From assembly GCA_964642505.1 (NCBI GenBank), contig CAZXQY010000001.1, forward strand, positions 1-62,848: 62,848 nucleotides of DNA, in the 5' to 3' direction. The notes beneath the pieces were generated by a model. It was not told the origin of the DNA. It saw only the letters and a program-made list of their open reading frames with translations, and searched no databases. Source of the stretch: an uncultured Gammaproteobacteria bacterium (GTDB taxonomy: Bacteria; Pseudomonadota; Gammaproteobacteria; Ga0077536). Made by a program: the position numbers and the translations under genes. Positions 38,980 through 48,448 of the stretch are shown one piece after another. Numbering within the stretch: the stretch's first letter is position 1; each line of letters opens with the position of its first letter.

Positions 38980-39216
38980 TACCCCAGCGTTTATGAAGGC
39001 GCAAAAATTCAAGCCGCCCAATTCGGCACGAATTCTGTGCAAGTTCATTCATTAACAGTAGAATCTGAATTATAGATTAGGGGATCCGAAATTATTTTCC
39101 GATTCCCGGTGACCGAAATAATATTTGGACAACGTTGCACGAATTGTTAACAACCCTTGAAGAAGAAACGGACTAGTAAAAAAACCGACTACCTTTGAGG
39201 TGGATCACTGGAGGAA

Positions 39217-40947
39217 TTGCTGGCAATAATGAGGACTTCTAACTTTTTAATATCGACCTTACGGGACGTACCGAACGATGCAGAGATCATCAGCCATCAG
39301 TTAATGTTGAGAGCAGGCTTGGTTAGACAAGTAGCGGCCGGAATCTATACCTGGCTTCCTTTAGGACTCCGAGTCCTAAGAAAAATAGAAAAAATTGTCC
39401 GAGAAGAAATGGACAAAACGGGGGCACAAGAAATTTTAATGCCCGGGGTGCAACCGGCTGAACTTTGGAAGGAATCAAAACGGTATGACGAATACGGCCC
39501 TGAACTACTAAGATTTAAAGACCGTCATGATAGAGATTTTTGTTTAGGGCCGACACATGAGGAAATCATAACCTCCTTGGTTCGAAATGAAATAAAAAGT
39601 TACAAACAGCTTCCCGCCAACTTTTATCAAATACAAAGTAAATTCAGAGATGAAATAAGGCCTCGGTTTGGAATAATGAGAGCACGTGAATTTTTAATGA
39701 AAGACGCATACTCCTTTCATGTCGATCAAAAGTGTTTGACTAAAACTTATGAGTTAATGCACCAAGCCTATTCTTCGATATTTGATAGGGTAAAACTGAA
39801 ATATAGAAGTGTCCTGGCAGATACCGGAAACATAGGAGGGTCAACTTCTCACGAATTCCACGTCTTAGCAGATTCCGGCGAAGATTCGATCGCCTACAAC
39901 GAAGAAGGTACTTTCTCGGCGAATCTGGAAATGGTACCAATTATTCGAGACACTGAGCAAAAACAAGTTCTTGATAAGATTGGGTCTTTCAAGGAAATCG
40001 CAACCCCAGATCAGCACACCATGGATGAAGTATCCTCGTTTTTAAAAATTCCACTTGCGCACGGCCTGAAAACCTTAATAGTACATGGTAAAAAAGGCCT
40101 TGTCGCACTTGGCTTGCGGGGAGATCACAACCTTAACATCATAAAAGCACAAGCGTTACCGGAAGTGGTCTCTCCACTTCAAATGGCTAGTTCCGAAGAT
40201 ATCCGATCTTCTTTGGGTTGCCTACCCGGATCCTTAGGGCCTACAGAACTTAAGATACCTCTGATCATTGATAACGATGCGGCTTCTTTAGAAGATTTTT
40301 TTTGCGGATCAAATAAAGACGGCTATCATCTGACAGAAGTCAACTGGGGCGGAAAGGTGTCCTACTCGCGAATTGCCGATATCCGTAATGCTATTCCGGG
40401 GGACCAAAGTCCTGACGGTCAAGGAACGCTTCTGATACAAAAAGGAATTGAAGTAGGACACATATTTCAATTGGGCACGAAATATAGTGAGGCTATGGGA
40501 GCCAAAATAATAAATTCTGAGGGCACGGAGATCTACCCGACAATGGGATGTTACGGCATCGGCGTTTCTCGCATAATGGCGGCGGCAATAGAACAGAATC
40601 ACGACGAAAATGGTATTGTATGGCCTATTCCTTTGGCACCGTTCGATTGCGCAATAGTACCGTTGAGGATGAAAAACAACCACTCAATCGAAAAGCATGC
40701 GAACTTGATTTACGAACGCCTGATTTCTGCAGGTATAGACACATTATTGTTCGATGAGGATAAGAGGCCAGGCGTCGTCTTCTCTGATATCGATTTGATG
40801 GGCGTACCTCTTCGGATCGTCATAACGGAAAAAAATATAAAAGAAAACAAAATAGAGGCTAAACTCAGAACTGATAAAAAAACTATCGAAGTGAAAATGG
40901 AAAATCTTATAGACTTCGCCAGAAACGTCTTACAGGAAATAGATTAA
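39217..40947 (+). CDS. proS: proline--tRNA ligase (bacterial type with INS editing domain)
   Basis: Near-colinear with E. coli ProS (MRTSNFLISTLRD, HQLMLRAG, FRDEIRPRFGIMRAREFLMKDAYSFH). The true start is probably ATG 39229. Confidence 0.95.
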   Translation: MLAIMRTSNFLISTLRDVPNDAEIISHQLMLRAGLVRQVAAGIYTWLPLGLRVLRKIEKIVREEMDKTGAQEILMPGVQPAELWKESKRYDEYGPELLRFKDRHDRDFCLGPTHEEIITSLVRNEIKSYKQLPANFYQIQSKFRDEIRPRFGIMRAREFLMKDAYSFHVDQKCLTKTYELMHQAYSSIFDRVKLKYRSVLADTGNIGGSTSHEFHVLADSGEDSIAYNEEGTFSANLEMVPIIRDTEQKQVLDKIGSFKEIATPDQHTMDEVSSFLKIPLAHGLKTLIVHGKKGLVALGLRGDHNLNIIKAQALPEVVSPLQMASSEDIRSSLGCLPGSLGPTELKIPLIIDNDAASLEDFFCGSNKDGYHLTEVNWGGKVSYSRIADIRNAIPGDQSPDGQGTLLIQKGIEVGHIFQLGTKYSEAMGAKIINSEGTEIYPTMGCYGIGVSRIMAAAIEQNHDENGIVWPIPLAPFDCAIVPLRMKNNHSIEKHANLIYERLISAGIDTLLFDEDKRPGVVFSDIDLMGVPLRIVITEKNIKENKIEAKLRTDKKTIEVKMENLIDFARNVLQEID

Positions 40948-40949
40948 AG

Positions 40950-41534
40950 ATGGCTGAGATTTTAATCTTGTACTACAGCCGAACTGGACACACAAAAATG
41001 TTAGCAAGAGAGATCGAAAAAGGAATACTTTCACATGGAAGCTGCGACGTGAAAATGCGCACGGTCGCCCCTCTGACAGGCAGTACAACCAGTGCTCAAG
41101 AAGACAATACCGTTATTGTGACAAAAGACGATTTAAAAAATTGCGACGGCTTAGCCCTAGGTTCACCTACCCGATTTGGCTCGATGGCGACTCCGCTAAA
41201 GGTATTTTTTGATCAGACCTCCGATATTTGGATGTCTGGTCACTTGATAGATAAACCGGCAGTCGTCTTCACCTCTACCAGCAGTATGCATGGCGGACAA
41301 GAAGCCACACTACTTTCAATGACCGTACCTCTGCTCCATCACGGTATGATCATTCTAGGCATACCGTACAGCGACAGTTCCTTGATGGACACTTCTACCG
41401 GTGGAACCCCATATGGTGCCAGTCACCTAGCGGGATCTAATAACAAGAAGCAATTATCAAAGGAAGAGGAGTCTGCGGCCAAAACTCTCGGGAAAAGGTT
41501 AGCAAAGAACGTAATTCGCTTGAAAGACTCTTGA
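40950..41534 (+). CDS. wrbA: NAD(P)H:quinone oxidoreductase, WrbA type (flavodoxin-like)
   Basis: 194 aa. Motifs ILILYYSRTGHTKMLA and GSPTRFGSM, plus the WrbA-specific insertion. Confidence 0.8.
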   Translation: MAEILILYYSRTGHTKMLAREIEKGILSHGSCDVKMRTVAPLTGSTTSAQEDNTVIVTKDDLKNCDGLALGSPTRFGSMATPLKVFFDQTSDIWMSGHLIDKPAVVFTSTSSMHGGQEATLLSMTVPLLHHGMIILGIPYSDSSLMDTSTGGTPYGASHLAGSNNKKQLSKEEESAAKTLGKRLAKNVIRLKDS

Positions 41535-42275
41535 CTACTTATCCAAATCAATACCCTTTGAAGCTACGAAATGCTTTACTAACGGTATTGTTAAGCGCCG
41601 CATTTTCGTAAGGGAGTATTCGTCCAATTCATCTAGCAACTCAACCAAACTGCGCATATCCCTCCTACTTCTTTTTAAAATGAAATCCCACACCGATCGA
41701 TCTACTTTTATGCCCCTTCGCTCCGCAAGCAACTCTAACGCAGCTGTTTTTTCTCCATCAGGCAACTGCCAGACCTTATAAACTAGATGAGAGCAGAGAC
41801 GGGATGTTAAATCTTTCATCCTAAACCCTTGTCTTAAAGGGTGGTTCTCTGCCGACAGCAGAAGGCGCCCCCCCCTTGACACAACAGCGTTGAAAAGCCG
41901 AAAAAGTGCTTCTTCGTAATTTTGCCTGCCCGCCAACACTCCAACGTCATCCACAGCCAAAACACCAACCTGTTCCAAGTTTTCAAACGATTTTGGATCC
42001 AACTTGAGTACTTCTTTCAGAGGAATATAGATAGAGCGCCTGTTACAAGATTTAAGAGACGACTGGAGCAGATGAGTTTTACCTACGGAAGTTTCACCCC
42101 AAAGGTATACGACACTAGAACCCTTTCCGATTGCCCAGGATTTTAAAACAGAGACTATCTCAGAATTTCTTTCTGTCGAAAAAAACCCATCGAAATCAAA
42201 ATCCAAATTCTTAAAAAAATCAAATGTTAACTGCTCTCCGGATCTCATGATTACGTCATTATTTATATAAGTCAC
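41535..42275 (-). CDS. hda: DnaA regulatory inactivator Hda
   Basis: AAA+ Walker A WGETSVGKTHLL, Walker B LAVDDV, and an N-terminal QLTFDF clamp-binding-like motif. The likely start is MRSGEQLTFDF (42248). It contains a G8 run (41868-41875 on the plus strand as C8). Confidence 0.85.
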   Translation of the reverse strand: MTYINNDVIMRSGEQLTFDFFKNLDFDFDGFFSTERNSEIVSVLKSWAIGKGSSVVYLWGETSVGKTHLLQSSLKSCNRRSIYIPLKEVLKLDPKSFENLEQVGVLAVDDVGVLAGRQNYEEALFRLFNAVVSRGGRLLLSAENHPLRQGFRMKDLTSRLCSHLVYKVWQLPDGEKTAALELLAERRGIKVDRSVWDFILKRSRRDMRSLVELLDELDEYSLTKMRRLTIPLVKHFVASKGIDLDK

Positions 42276-43314
42276 TGGCTAAGTATTCGCGACGCCAGTA
42301 TCGCAGTAGTACTACCATTATGGCCGCAACGGGCACGGCGGCCAGTACTCCAAAAAAACCAAATAAGTGTCCCCCAGCCATTACTGAGAATATAACTACT
42401 ACGGGATGCAGCCCTATTCTTTCTCCGACTAAGATTGGGGATAAAACGGTCCCCTCTAATAACTGGCCAACGAGGAAAACTAAGCCGATTCCTAAAAGTT
42501 GAGACAATTCTCCTAATTGAATTGCAAAAGCTACTAATGACAATAAAACACCAATAACTACACCCAAATAAGGTATGAAACTCAGCAGGCCTGATACTAG
42601 CCCGACTATAAAAGCCAATTCAATTCCAACTAGCCATAAACCAACAGAGTAAAAAATTGCCAGAAAAAACATAACAGCCAACTGCCCCCGTAAAAATTCT
42701 GCCAACACTCCATCAATTTCAGTAGCCAACTTTCCAATCGTAGGCTGAATACCCCTAGGTATGAGGTTATCTATTGAAGCAACTAGATGATCCCAATCCC
42801 TCAGCAGATAAAATGTTACAACCGGAACTAAAACCATGTAGCCAAGCCATCCGATCAAGAAAACACTAGAACCCGCAATTTGTAGTAAAATTTCTTTGAC
42901 ATAAGAAGCAATTTCGGTCCAGTTATGCAGCACAGTAGTTCTAAGAGTTTCAATATCGATATATTGAAATTCTATATTAGTAAGTTTCGTGAAAGTCGGG
43001 CCTATCGAAGCTTGCGCCCAATCTACTACTCTCGGTATATCAAGCATCAGGCTCTCTAGTTGGCTCCCCAATATCGGAAAAACCAACAAAACGGCCACGG
43101 TAAGACTAGTAAAAAGTGACACGAATACCACCAAAACAGATAATGTTCTTTTTTTAAAAACCCGATCCAATTTATCGACAACCGGGTCCGATAGGTAAGC
43201 CAATACAAAACCCAGTAAGAACGGCAGAAGCACCGATCGTAGTACGTACAATAGTAACAAGGTAAAAGAGACTGAAATTAAGAATAACCATTTTTGAGAA
43301 TCTGATAGCTTCAT
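42259..43314 (-). CDS. AI-2E family transporter (PerM-like permease)
   Basis: 351 aa with about 8 TM helices. It lies between hda and the DUF2066 gene, as I recall from pseudomonads and Burkholderia. Confidence 0.8.
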   Translation of the reverse strand: MKLSDSQKWLFLISVSFTLLLLYVLRSVLLPFLLGFVLAYLSDPVVDKLDRVFKKRTLSVLVVFVSLFTSLTVAVLLVFPILGSQLESLMLDIPRVVDWAQASIGPTFTKLTNIEFQYIDIETLRTTVLHNWTEIASYVKEILLQIAGSSVFLIGWLGYMVLVPVVTFYLLRDWDHLVASIDNLIPRGIQPTIGKLATEIDGVLAEFLRGQLAVMFFLAIFYSVGLWLVGIELAFIVGLVSGLLSFIPYLGVVIGVLLSLVAFAIQLGELSQLLGIGLVFLVGQLLEGTVLSPILVGERIGLHPVVVIFSVMAGGHLFGFFGVLAAVPVAAIMVVLLRYWRREYLASDLYK

Positions 43315-43328
43315 ACTAAAACTCCGCT

Positions 43329-44402
43329 CTAATTCATGACATTTAAATCGTAGGTAATTGGGTTATCCGAAACTAGATTTAAAAATTTCCCAAAGGCTAT
43401 ACTTTGCAATAGTTCGCGACGACTCCTCAATGTCGAAACAGTTAACATGACCTTTTGCATCCGTAACGATGTCACCGATACGGCATTCACGGAATCAAGA
43501 CCAGAAAGATAGCTTAGTACTTTTAAAAAATCAGTAGACCTATTCAAACCTATAACCTCAATATCTATTTCTTGCGGCTCCTGCACTACACTGGGATCTA
43601 GAAGCGTACTTGATATTTTGTCAGAAACACTATCTACCACTTCAGAAATCACCAGATCTATCAAATCTCCTTCTGAATTCCAGGAATATTTGTCATTTCC
43701 TATGCGTAGACTCCAGGAAGATTCCCATATCTCTGTACCCACACGCCTGAAAGATACAAGTACTACGCTAGGAGCAGCGTATTGCTCTACCATCTCTTGG
43801 TATAGTAAGTCTTCACTGAGCCCCAACTGACCATTCGATAGCGACACCAACGGAAGGATTGTTAATTTTTCAGGCTCTGGAAATATTAGCGGCAACCCTC
43901 TCTCGTCTGCCTTTTTAGAAAAAAGACCCTGTATTTCTCTCACCCCATCCTCCACAGAAAACCAACGTAGCCCAACGTCGTCGTCGAACAACAAGCCAAA
44001 AAACGTATCAGGTCGCTCTTTTCCCCAAATAGGAATTTCTAGTGTTGTCAACTCAGCATTAAGGATGGACTGATCAAACTTAGCTGAAAGATGAAGGGCT
44101 TTTTGTTCAGTAGATTCTAAGTAGGAGTACTGCTCCAGAAAGCTCATCGCGCCATCTACTAGCACAACGGCAGCCTGCCCGGCACCCGCCGCATCGCCAG
44201 TGATTTTTACTAACACCGCCTTTAAAGCCAGGCCGACCGCTCTTTCCAGCTCTTTTTCTGACCTATCAGAAACCGCAATATTAGCCGAATACAAGTTTTC
44301 GACGTCCCCCGCGAACGCGAACCGCACAAAGCCCGACTCTCCGCATAATATAAAACCAACAAAAAGCAAAAAAAGAACTTCAGACTTCAATTTAGACCAC
44401 AT
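43329..44402 (-). CDS. DUF2066-like secreted protein
   Basis: 357 aa with a signal peptide. It is divergent from purM, the context I recall for DUF2066. The family assignment is from memory. Confidence 0.55.
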   Translation of the reverse strand: MWSKLKSEVLFLLFVGFILCGESGFVRFAFAGDVENLYSANIAVSDRSEKELERAVGLALKAVLVKITGDAAGAGQAAVVLVDGAMSFLEQYSYLESTEQKALHLSAKFDQSILNAELTTLEIPIWGKERPDTFFGLLFDDDVGLRWFSVEDGVREIQGLFSKKADERGLPLIFPEPEKLTILPLVSLSNGQLGLSEDLLYQEMVEQYAAPSVVLVSFRRVGTEIWESSWSLRIGNDKYSWNSEGDLIDLVISEVVDSVSDKISSTLLDPSVVQEPQEIDIEVIGLNRSTDFLKVLSYLSGLDSVNAVSVTSLRMQKVMLTVSTLRSRRELLQSIAFGKFLNLVSDNPITYDLNVMN

Positions 44403-44488
44403 TTTGAAAGAAAAAACATGTTAAAGCTGTTAATGTCTAACACCTGATAAGGCTCCCGAAGAAAACTACTTAAGACTTTACTACCGAA

Positions 44489-45538
44489 GTGAATTCAATG
44501 AAAGACCATAGGAAAAAGAGCGAACTAAATTATGCAGACTCCGGAGTAAGTGTAGAGAAAGGAGACACTTTTGTCGACACCATAAAACCCCTAGCAGCGA
44601 AGGCGACGCGGATTGGTCAATTAGGAAGCATTGGAGCATTTAGCGGACTATTTGATATTGGGAAACTAAATTACAAGGACCCCATAATTGTTGCCTCCAC
44701 TGACGGAGTTGGTACTAAACTGATAGTCGCTCTAGAATACGATCGCCACGAACAAATTGGTATTGACCTCGTCGCGATGTGCGTAAATGACCTAGTCGTT
44801 CAAGGAGCTGAACCTCTATTCTTTTTGGATTATTTCGCCATGGGAAATCTTGATCCCACCATTGGCAAGTCAGTCCTTTCGGGAGTCGTCGATGGCTGCC
44901 AACAAGCGGGAGCCTCGTTGCTCGGAGGGGAAACCGCTGAGATGCCAGGCCTTTATTCGGAGGGCCATTATGACTTGGCAGGCTTCGCCGTGGGAATTGT
45001 CGAGAGGGATAAAATTGTTGACGGTAGCAAAGTATCTCAGGGAGACATTATATTGGGTTTGTCTTCCTCTGGCTTTCACGCCAATGGCTTTTCTCTTATT
45101 AGAAAAATAAGAGCGCTAGTTGGCAATAAACCTGGCGCACCCTCCGTCGAAGAATTACTATGCCCAACGAGGATATACGTCAAATCCATCCTTTCGATCG
45201 TCAAGAGTTATCCTATTCACGCTATATCACATATTACCGGAGGGGGATTAACGAATAATATACCTCGAGTTTTACCGAAAGGGCTTTGTGCCAAAATACA
45301 AATCGATTCATGGCCATTGCCTAAAATTTTTCGGTGGCTCGCCGAATCAGGGCCGGTAGAAGAAGCAGAAATGCTTCGAACCTTTAATTGTGGTATTGGG
45401 ATGGTCTTAATTGTGCCACCAGAATCCGCGAAAAATATTTCTTCAACCCTAACCAAGCTAGGCGAAGAAGTCCATTTCATAGGAGAAATCGCTCGCCAAA
45501 AGGGCTCTGTTTCATTTTTAGGTCGGCTATTGGATTAG
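44489..45538 (+). CDS. purM: phosphoribosylformylglycinamidine cyclo-ligase
   Basis: 349 aa. Motifs YADSGVSVEKGD, STDGVGTKL, DYFAMG and GGETAEMPG. Start is GTG 44489 or ATG 44498. Confidence 0.95.
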   Translation: MNSMKDHRKKSELNYADSGVSVEKGDTFVDTIKPLAAKATRIGQLGSIGAFSGLFDIGKLNYKDPIIVASTDGVGTKLIVALEYDRHEQIGIDLVAMCVNDLVVQGAEPLFFLDYFAMGNLDPTIGKSVLSGVVDGCQQAGASLLGGETAEMPGLYSEGHYDLAGFAVGIVERDKIVDGSKVSQGDIILGLSSSGFHANGFSLIRKIRALVGNKPGAPSVEELLCPTRIYVKSILSIVKSYPIHAISHITGGGLTNNIPRVLPKGLCAKIQIDSWPLPKIFRWLAESGPVEEAEMLRTFNCGIGMVLIVPPESAKNISSTLTKLGEEVHFIGEIARQKGSVSFLGRLLD

Positions 45539-45566
45539 ACCCTTAGACATACCATTTTTCTCACGA

Positions 45567-46301
45567 TTAATCTGGTGTATGTAACCGTTTCTCTACAGAT
45601 GATAAAAATCCCCTGAGGATTTGTATCTCGCTGCGTAATAATCCAGCCCGGCCTAGCAGCCTATGGATGCGTTGCTGGAGGCGTCTAGGTCGAGACGAAC
45701 TATGATAGTCGACGAGTTGCATAACACGAATTAAATGGACTGCTAAATTCTGAATCTCGTCAGTATACGCCAATCTATCTCCTTTAGGTGTGGGGTGATT
45801 CTTTTCTCCTTCTATGAGAACTAACGTCCTGAGCTCATACAAACAAATCTGTACCGCCTGGGCCAAATTCAGCGAGCTAAAGTTTGAATTTGAAGGAATC
45901 GTAATAATTCGGTGACAGAGATTGAGCTGATCGTTAGTTAAACCAGAATTTTCCTGACCGAAAACCAAGGCAATATCATCGTCGATTTGACCCAATTCTA
46001 GTGCAGCCGCCCTCGGAGAACAAACAGGCAGAGACATATGTCTACTTCTAGCCGTTGTCGCATATGCTAAGGAGGTACCCTCAAGTGCCTCAGCTAAATT
46101 GTCGTGCCGTCTCGCATCCTCTAAAATGTCATTGGCGCCAGACGCTAAGGCGATGGCTTCTTCCGACGGGAATTTTTTCGGGCGTACGAGATGAAGATTG
46201 GTAAAACCCATAACTTTCATAGCGCGGGCAACCGCGCCAATATTACCAGGGTGACTAGTTGAAACGAGTACTACTCGAACCCTATCTGGTTGGTTGATCA
46301 T
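45567..46301 (-). CDS. trmJ: tRNA (cytidine/uridine32-2'-O)-methyltransferase TrmJ
   Basis: 244 aa SpoU class. Motifs RVVLVSTSHPGNIGAVARAM, LVFGQENSGL and LNLAQAV. It is divergent from suhB, as in E. coli. Confidence 0.85.
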   Translation of the reverse strand: MINQPDRVRVVLVSTSHPGNIGAVARAMKVMGFTNLHLVRPKKFPSEEAIALASGANDILEDARRHDNLAEALEGTSLAYATTARSRHMSLPVCSPRAAALELGQIDDDIALVFGQENSGLTNDQLNLCHRIITIPSNSNFSSLNLAQAVQICLYELRTLVLIEGEKNHPTPKGDRLAYTDEIQNLAVHLIRVMQLVDYHSSSRPRRLQQRIHRLLGRAGLLRSEIQILRGFLSSVEKRLHTPD

Positions 46302-46377
46302 TGTTTTTCCTACTAAACATTGTGACTCGTCGATTAAATAACAACAAAATCGGTTAACATAGCAGGCCAGTTAACTG

Positions 46378-47175
46378 TTGGTATATATCATGGAACCGAT
46401 GCTGAATATAGCAATTCGAGCAGCGAGACTCGCCGGCACCGTTATTTCGCGGGCGACTGCACGCCTAGACGAAGTCAAATTCGATAAGAAAGGCGAATTG
46501 AATTATGTATCGGAGGTAGACACTCAAGCGGAGGCTATTATTATCGAGACGCTTTTAGAAGCCTACCCGGACCATGCCATCTTGGCTGAAGAATCCGGCC
46601 AAAGAGGGGAGTCAGACTATTTATGGATTGTTGATCCTCTTGATGGCACGCTAAATTTCCTGAACGGATATCCGCAATTTTGTGTCTCCATCGCTCTGTC
46701 GATAAAAGGAAAATTACAACAGGCTGTCGTCTACGACCCCGTCAGAGATGAATTGTTTTCAGCGTCGAGAGGAAGAGGTGCATTATTAAATGACCGGAAA
46801 ATTCGAGTCAATGACAAAACTAAGTTGGAACAGACCCTGTTGGCAACTGGGTTTCCCGTCAGAAAACCGGATAGTATCGAAAATTCCATCGGGACCTTGC
46901 GAAAAGTTCTCGCTAGGGGAACAGATATTCGAAGAGGCGGTTCCGCCGCTTTGGATCTAGCCTACGTGGCCTGCGGTAGACTGGACGGGTTCTGGGAATT
47001 TGGGCTCAACCCTTGGGACATCGCCGCGGGTGCACTTCTGGTCATAGAATCTGGCGGAATAATTTGTGATAGCAATGCCTCCGAAGACTTCCTACATTCC
47101 GGAAATGTGCTTGCCGCGAACCCTAAAATCGTCAAGAGCTTAATACCTCTTATAACTGACAGAACCTTCAGCTAA
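46378..47175 (+). CDS. suhB: inositol-1-monophosphatase SuhB
   Basis: MEPMLNIAIRAARLAG matches E. coli MHPMLNIAVRAARKAG. Motifs WIVDPLDGT and GSAALDLAYVACGR. The true start is probably ATG 46390. Confidence 0.93.
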   Translation: MVYIMEPMLNIAIRAARLAGTVISRATARLDEVKFDKKGELNYVSEVDTQAEAIIIETLLEAYPDHAILAEESGQRGESDYLWIVDPLDGTLNFLNGYPQFCVSIALSIKGKLQQAVVYDPVRDELFSASRGRGALLNDRKIRVNDKTKLEQTLLATGFPVRKPDSIENSIGTLRKVLARGTDIRRGGSAALDLAYVACGRLDGFWEFGLNPWDIAAGALLVIESGGIICDSNASEDFLHSGNVLAANPKIVKSLIPLITDRTFS

Positions 47176-47193
47176 TTTTGTTCGGACAATTTT

Positions 47194-47230
47194 TCTCCGG
47201 CGGAAATTCCGCCGGAGAGAATTATTTTTA
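47194..47230 (+). terminator. intrinsic terminator after suhB (shared convergent spacer with pilA)
   Basis: Perfect 10-bp GC-rich stem TCTCCGGCGG aaatt CCGCCGGAGA, followed by gaATTATTTTT. A second hairpin (CGGGC tcatagag GCCCG, 47243-47260) lies next to the pilA stop. Confidence 0.65.
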
Positions 47231-47275
47231 AGTCAAGGTACCGGGCTCATAGAGGCCCGATCCGGTAACTTTCAG

Positions 47276-47716
47276 TTAGAAAGCACCCCCGCGGCAGTTA
47301 GCGGGTAAATTAGCGTCTGCCAAACCGCCGATAGAACGGCACACCCAGGTAATCGAACCTCCAGCATTTGTCCCTCGAAGCGTTATTGTATTTCCATTCA
47401 GAGTCGCATTGTTAGCATTAAACGTAATTAAAATATCGTTATTTGCGGGTTGGACCGCTACCGACGCAACGTTCGTTCCAATTATTGTATTTGCCGCTGG
47501 TAAACCTGCCAAGGCGTTGGTAGTTGGAAACGCACCCGTCGCAGTGAACGTTTCAGCCATGGCGAGCTTAGCAGAAGCCGCGACGCTTAGCGCCTCTGTC
47601 ACCGCAGCGCGGGTCGTATAGTTCTGGTAGGCTGGCAAAGCGACAGCCGCCAATATGCCTATGATCGCTACGACTATCATTAGTTCGATCAAAGTGAATC
47701 CTTGCTCTTTCTTCAT
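47276..47716 (-). CDS. pilA: type IVa major pilin PilA
   Basis: Class III leader MKKEQG|[27 protein letters not shown] and a C-terminal Cys-Cys loop (WVCRS...PANCRG). The ORF track start (47731) adds 5 residues, and ATG 47716 gives the canonical 6-aa leader. Confidence 0.92.
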   Translation of the reverse strand: MKKEQGFTLIELMIVVAIIGILAAVALPAYQNYTTRAAVTEALSVAASAKLAMAETFTATGAFPTTNALAGLPAANTIIGTNVASVAVQPANNDILITFNANNATLNGNTITLRGTNAGGSITWVCRSIGGLADANLPANCRGGAF

Positions 47717-48001
47717 TTCGGATATCTCCATTCAAAAATTCCTGATTTTTATATATTCACAATCCTTACGACTCGCCTGTCAGGGCCCTCTGTCTCCTGA
47801 AACGGACACATCATCGCAGACCGTTTGACCATAGAATACGCGCCCAAACGACTAGCACGCAACCTTTTTCCACCAAAAAAGTGCGTTTTTTTATCGCTTA
47901 GAGATATCATTGGAACTAAATTAGGAATCTAAAAAGACCAAATACAAAATAATGATATCTCTCAGACCTTAATCACGTCATTTTTATGAGATATACTAAT
48001 T

Positions 48002-48220
48002 TCATGGCTCTTCAGCGTCAGCATGAGCTCGCGAGCAAAAAATTCCACTCCCTTTTTTGACACACTCTTCCTCTGGCACATATGTTCCACAATATTTGCA
48101 TTGAATTACCTTCCGACCAGAGATGGACGCTTTTGATGACGACAAACGAGCTTTAACTTTCTTAATCACGGAAAAAACCAAAACGATAATCAAAAGACCA
48201 ATAATAAGTTTCGGAAACAT
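48002..48220 (-). CDS. small membrane-anchored TRASH/YHS-like zinc-ribbon protein (PP0621-like)
   Basis: 72 aa. An N-terminal TM helix (LIIGLLIIVLVFSVI), a basic linker, then CKYCGTYVPEEEC...FCSRAH. The family name is recalled, not searched. Confidence 0.55.
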   Translation of the reverse strand: MFPKLIIGLLIIVLVFSVIKKVKARLSSSKASISGRKVIQCKYCGTYVPEEECVKKGSGIFCSRAHADAEEP

Positions 48221-48448
48221 AGGTCAACTCAAACCTTTTAACTAAAACGCGCAATCGATCTGCGCGATTCAATTACGCCGAAAAAACAACTATAACTAAT
48301 AGCATTACCTGAGCTACTATACTATATACTGTCGAACAATCGAGATTAAACCGGGCTAGTCCTAGGCCTTCCAGATGCCCTTTTATGAAAGTACACTGGC
48401 AAGTAATGATCAGAAAAACGAAACAATTCTGTTTTTTAAGGAGAAAGC

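Noticed and set aside
39056-39216. Repeated CCGAAAT(T/A)AT words and other short repeats in the 266-bp ilvI-proS spacer, considered as a possible small RNA or attenuator.
   Set aside because: There is no stable stem-loop with a U-run and no Ile/Val/Leu-rich leader peptide. The repeats are short and imperfect, and the spacer is adequately explained by two divergent promoters.
47761-47780. A possible sigma-54 promoter for pilA: a GG-N10-GC core in GAGGGCCCTGACAGGCGA on the minus strand.
   Set aside because: Only the GG and GC dinucleotides fit, and the flanking positions do not match TGGCAC-N5-TTGCW. A second candidate (TGGTCAAACGGTCTGCG) has the wrong spacing by 1 nt.
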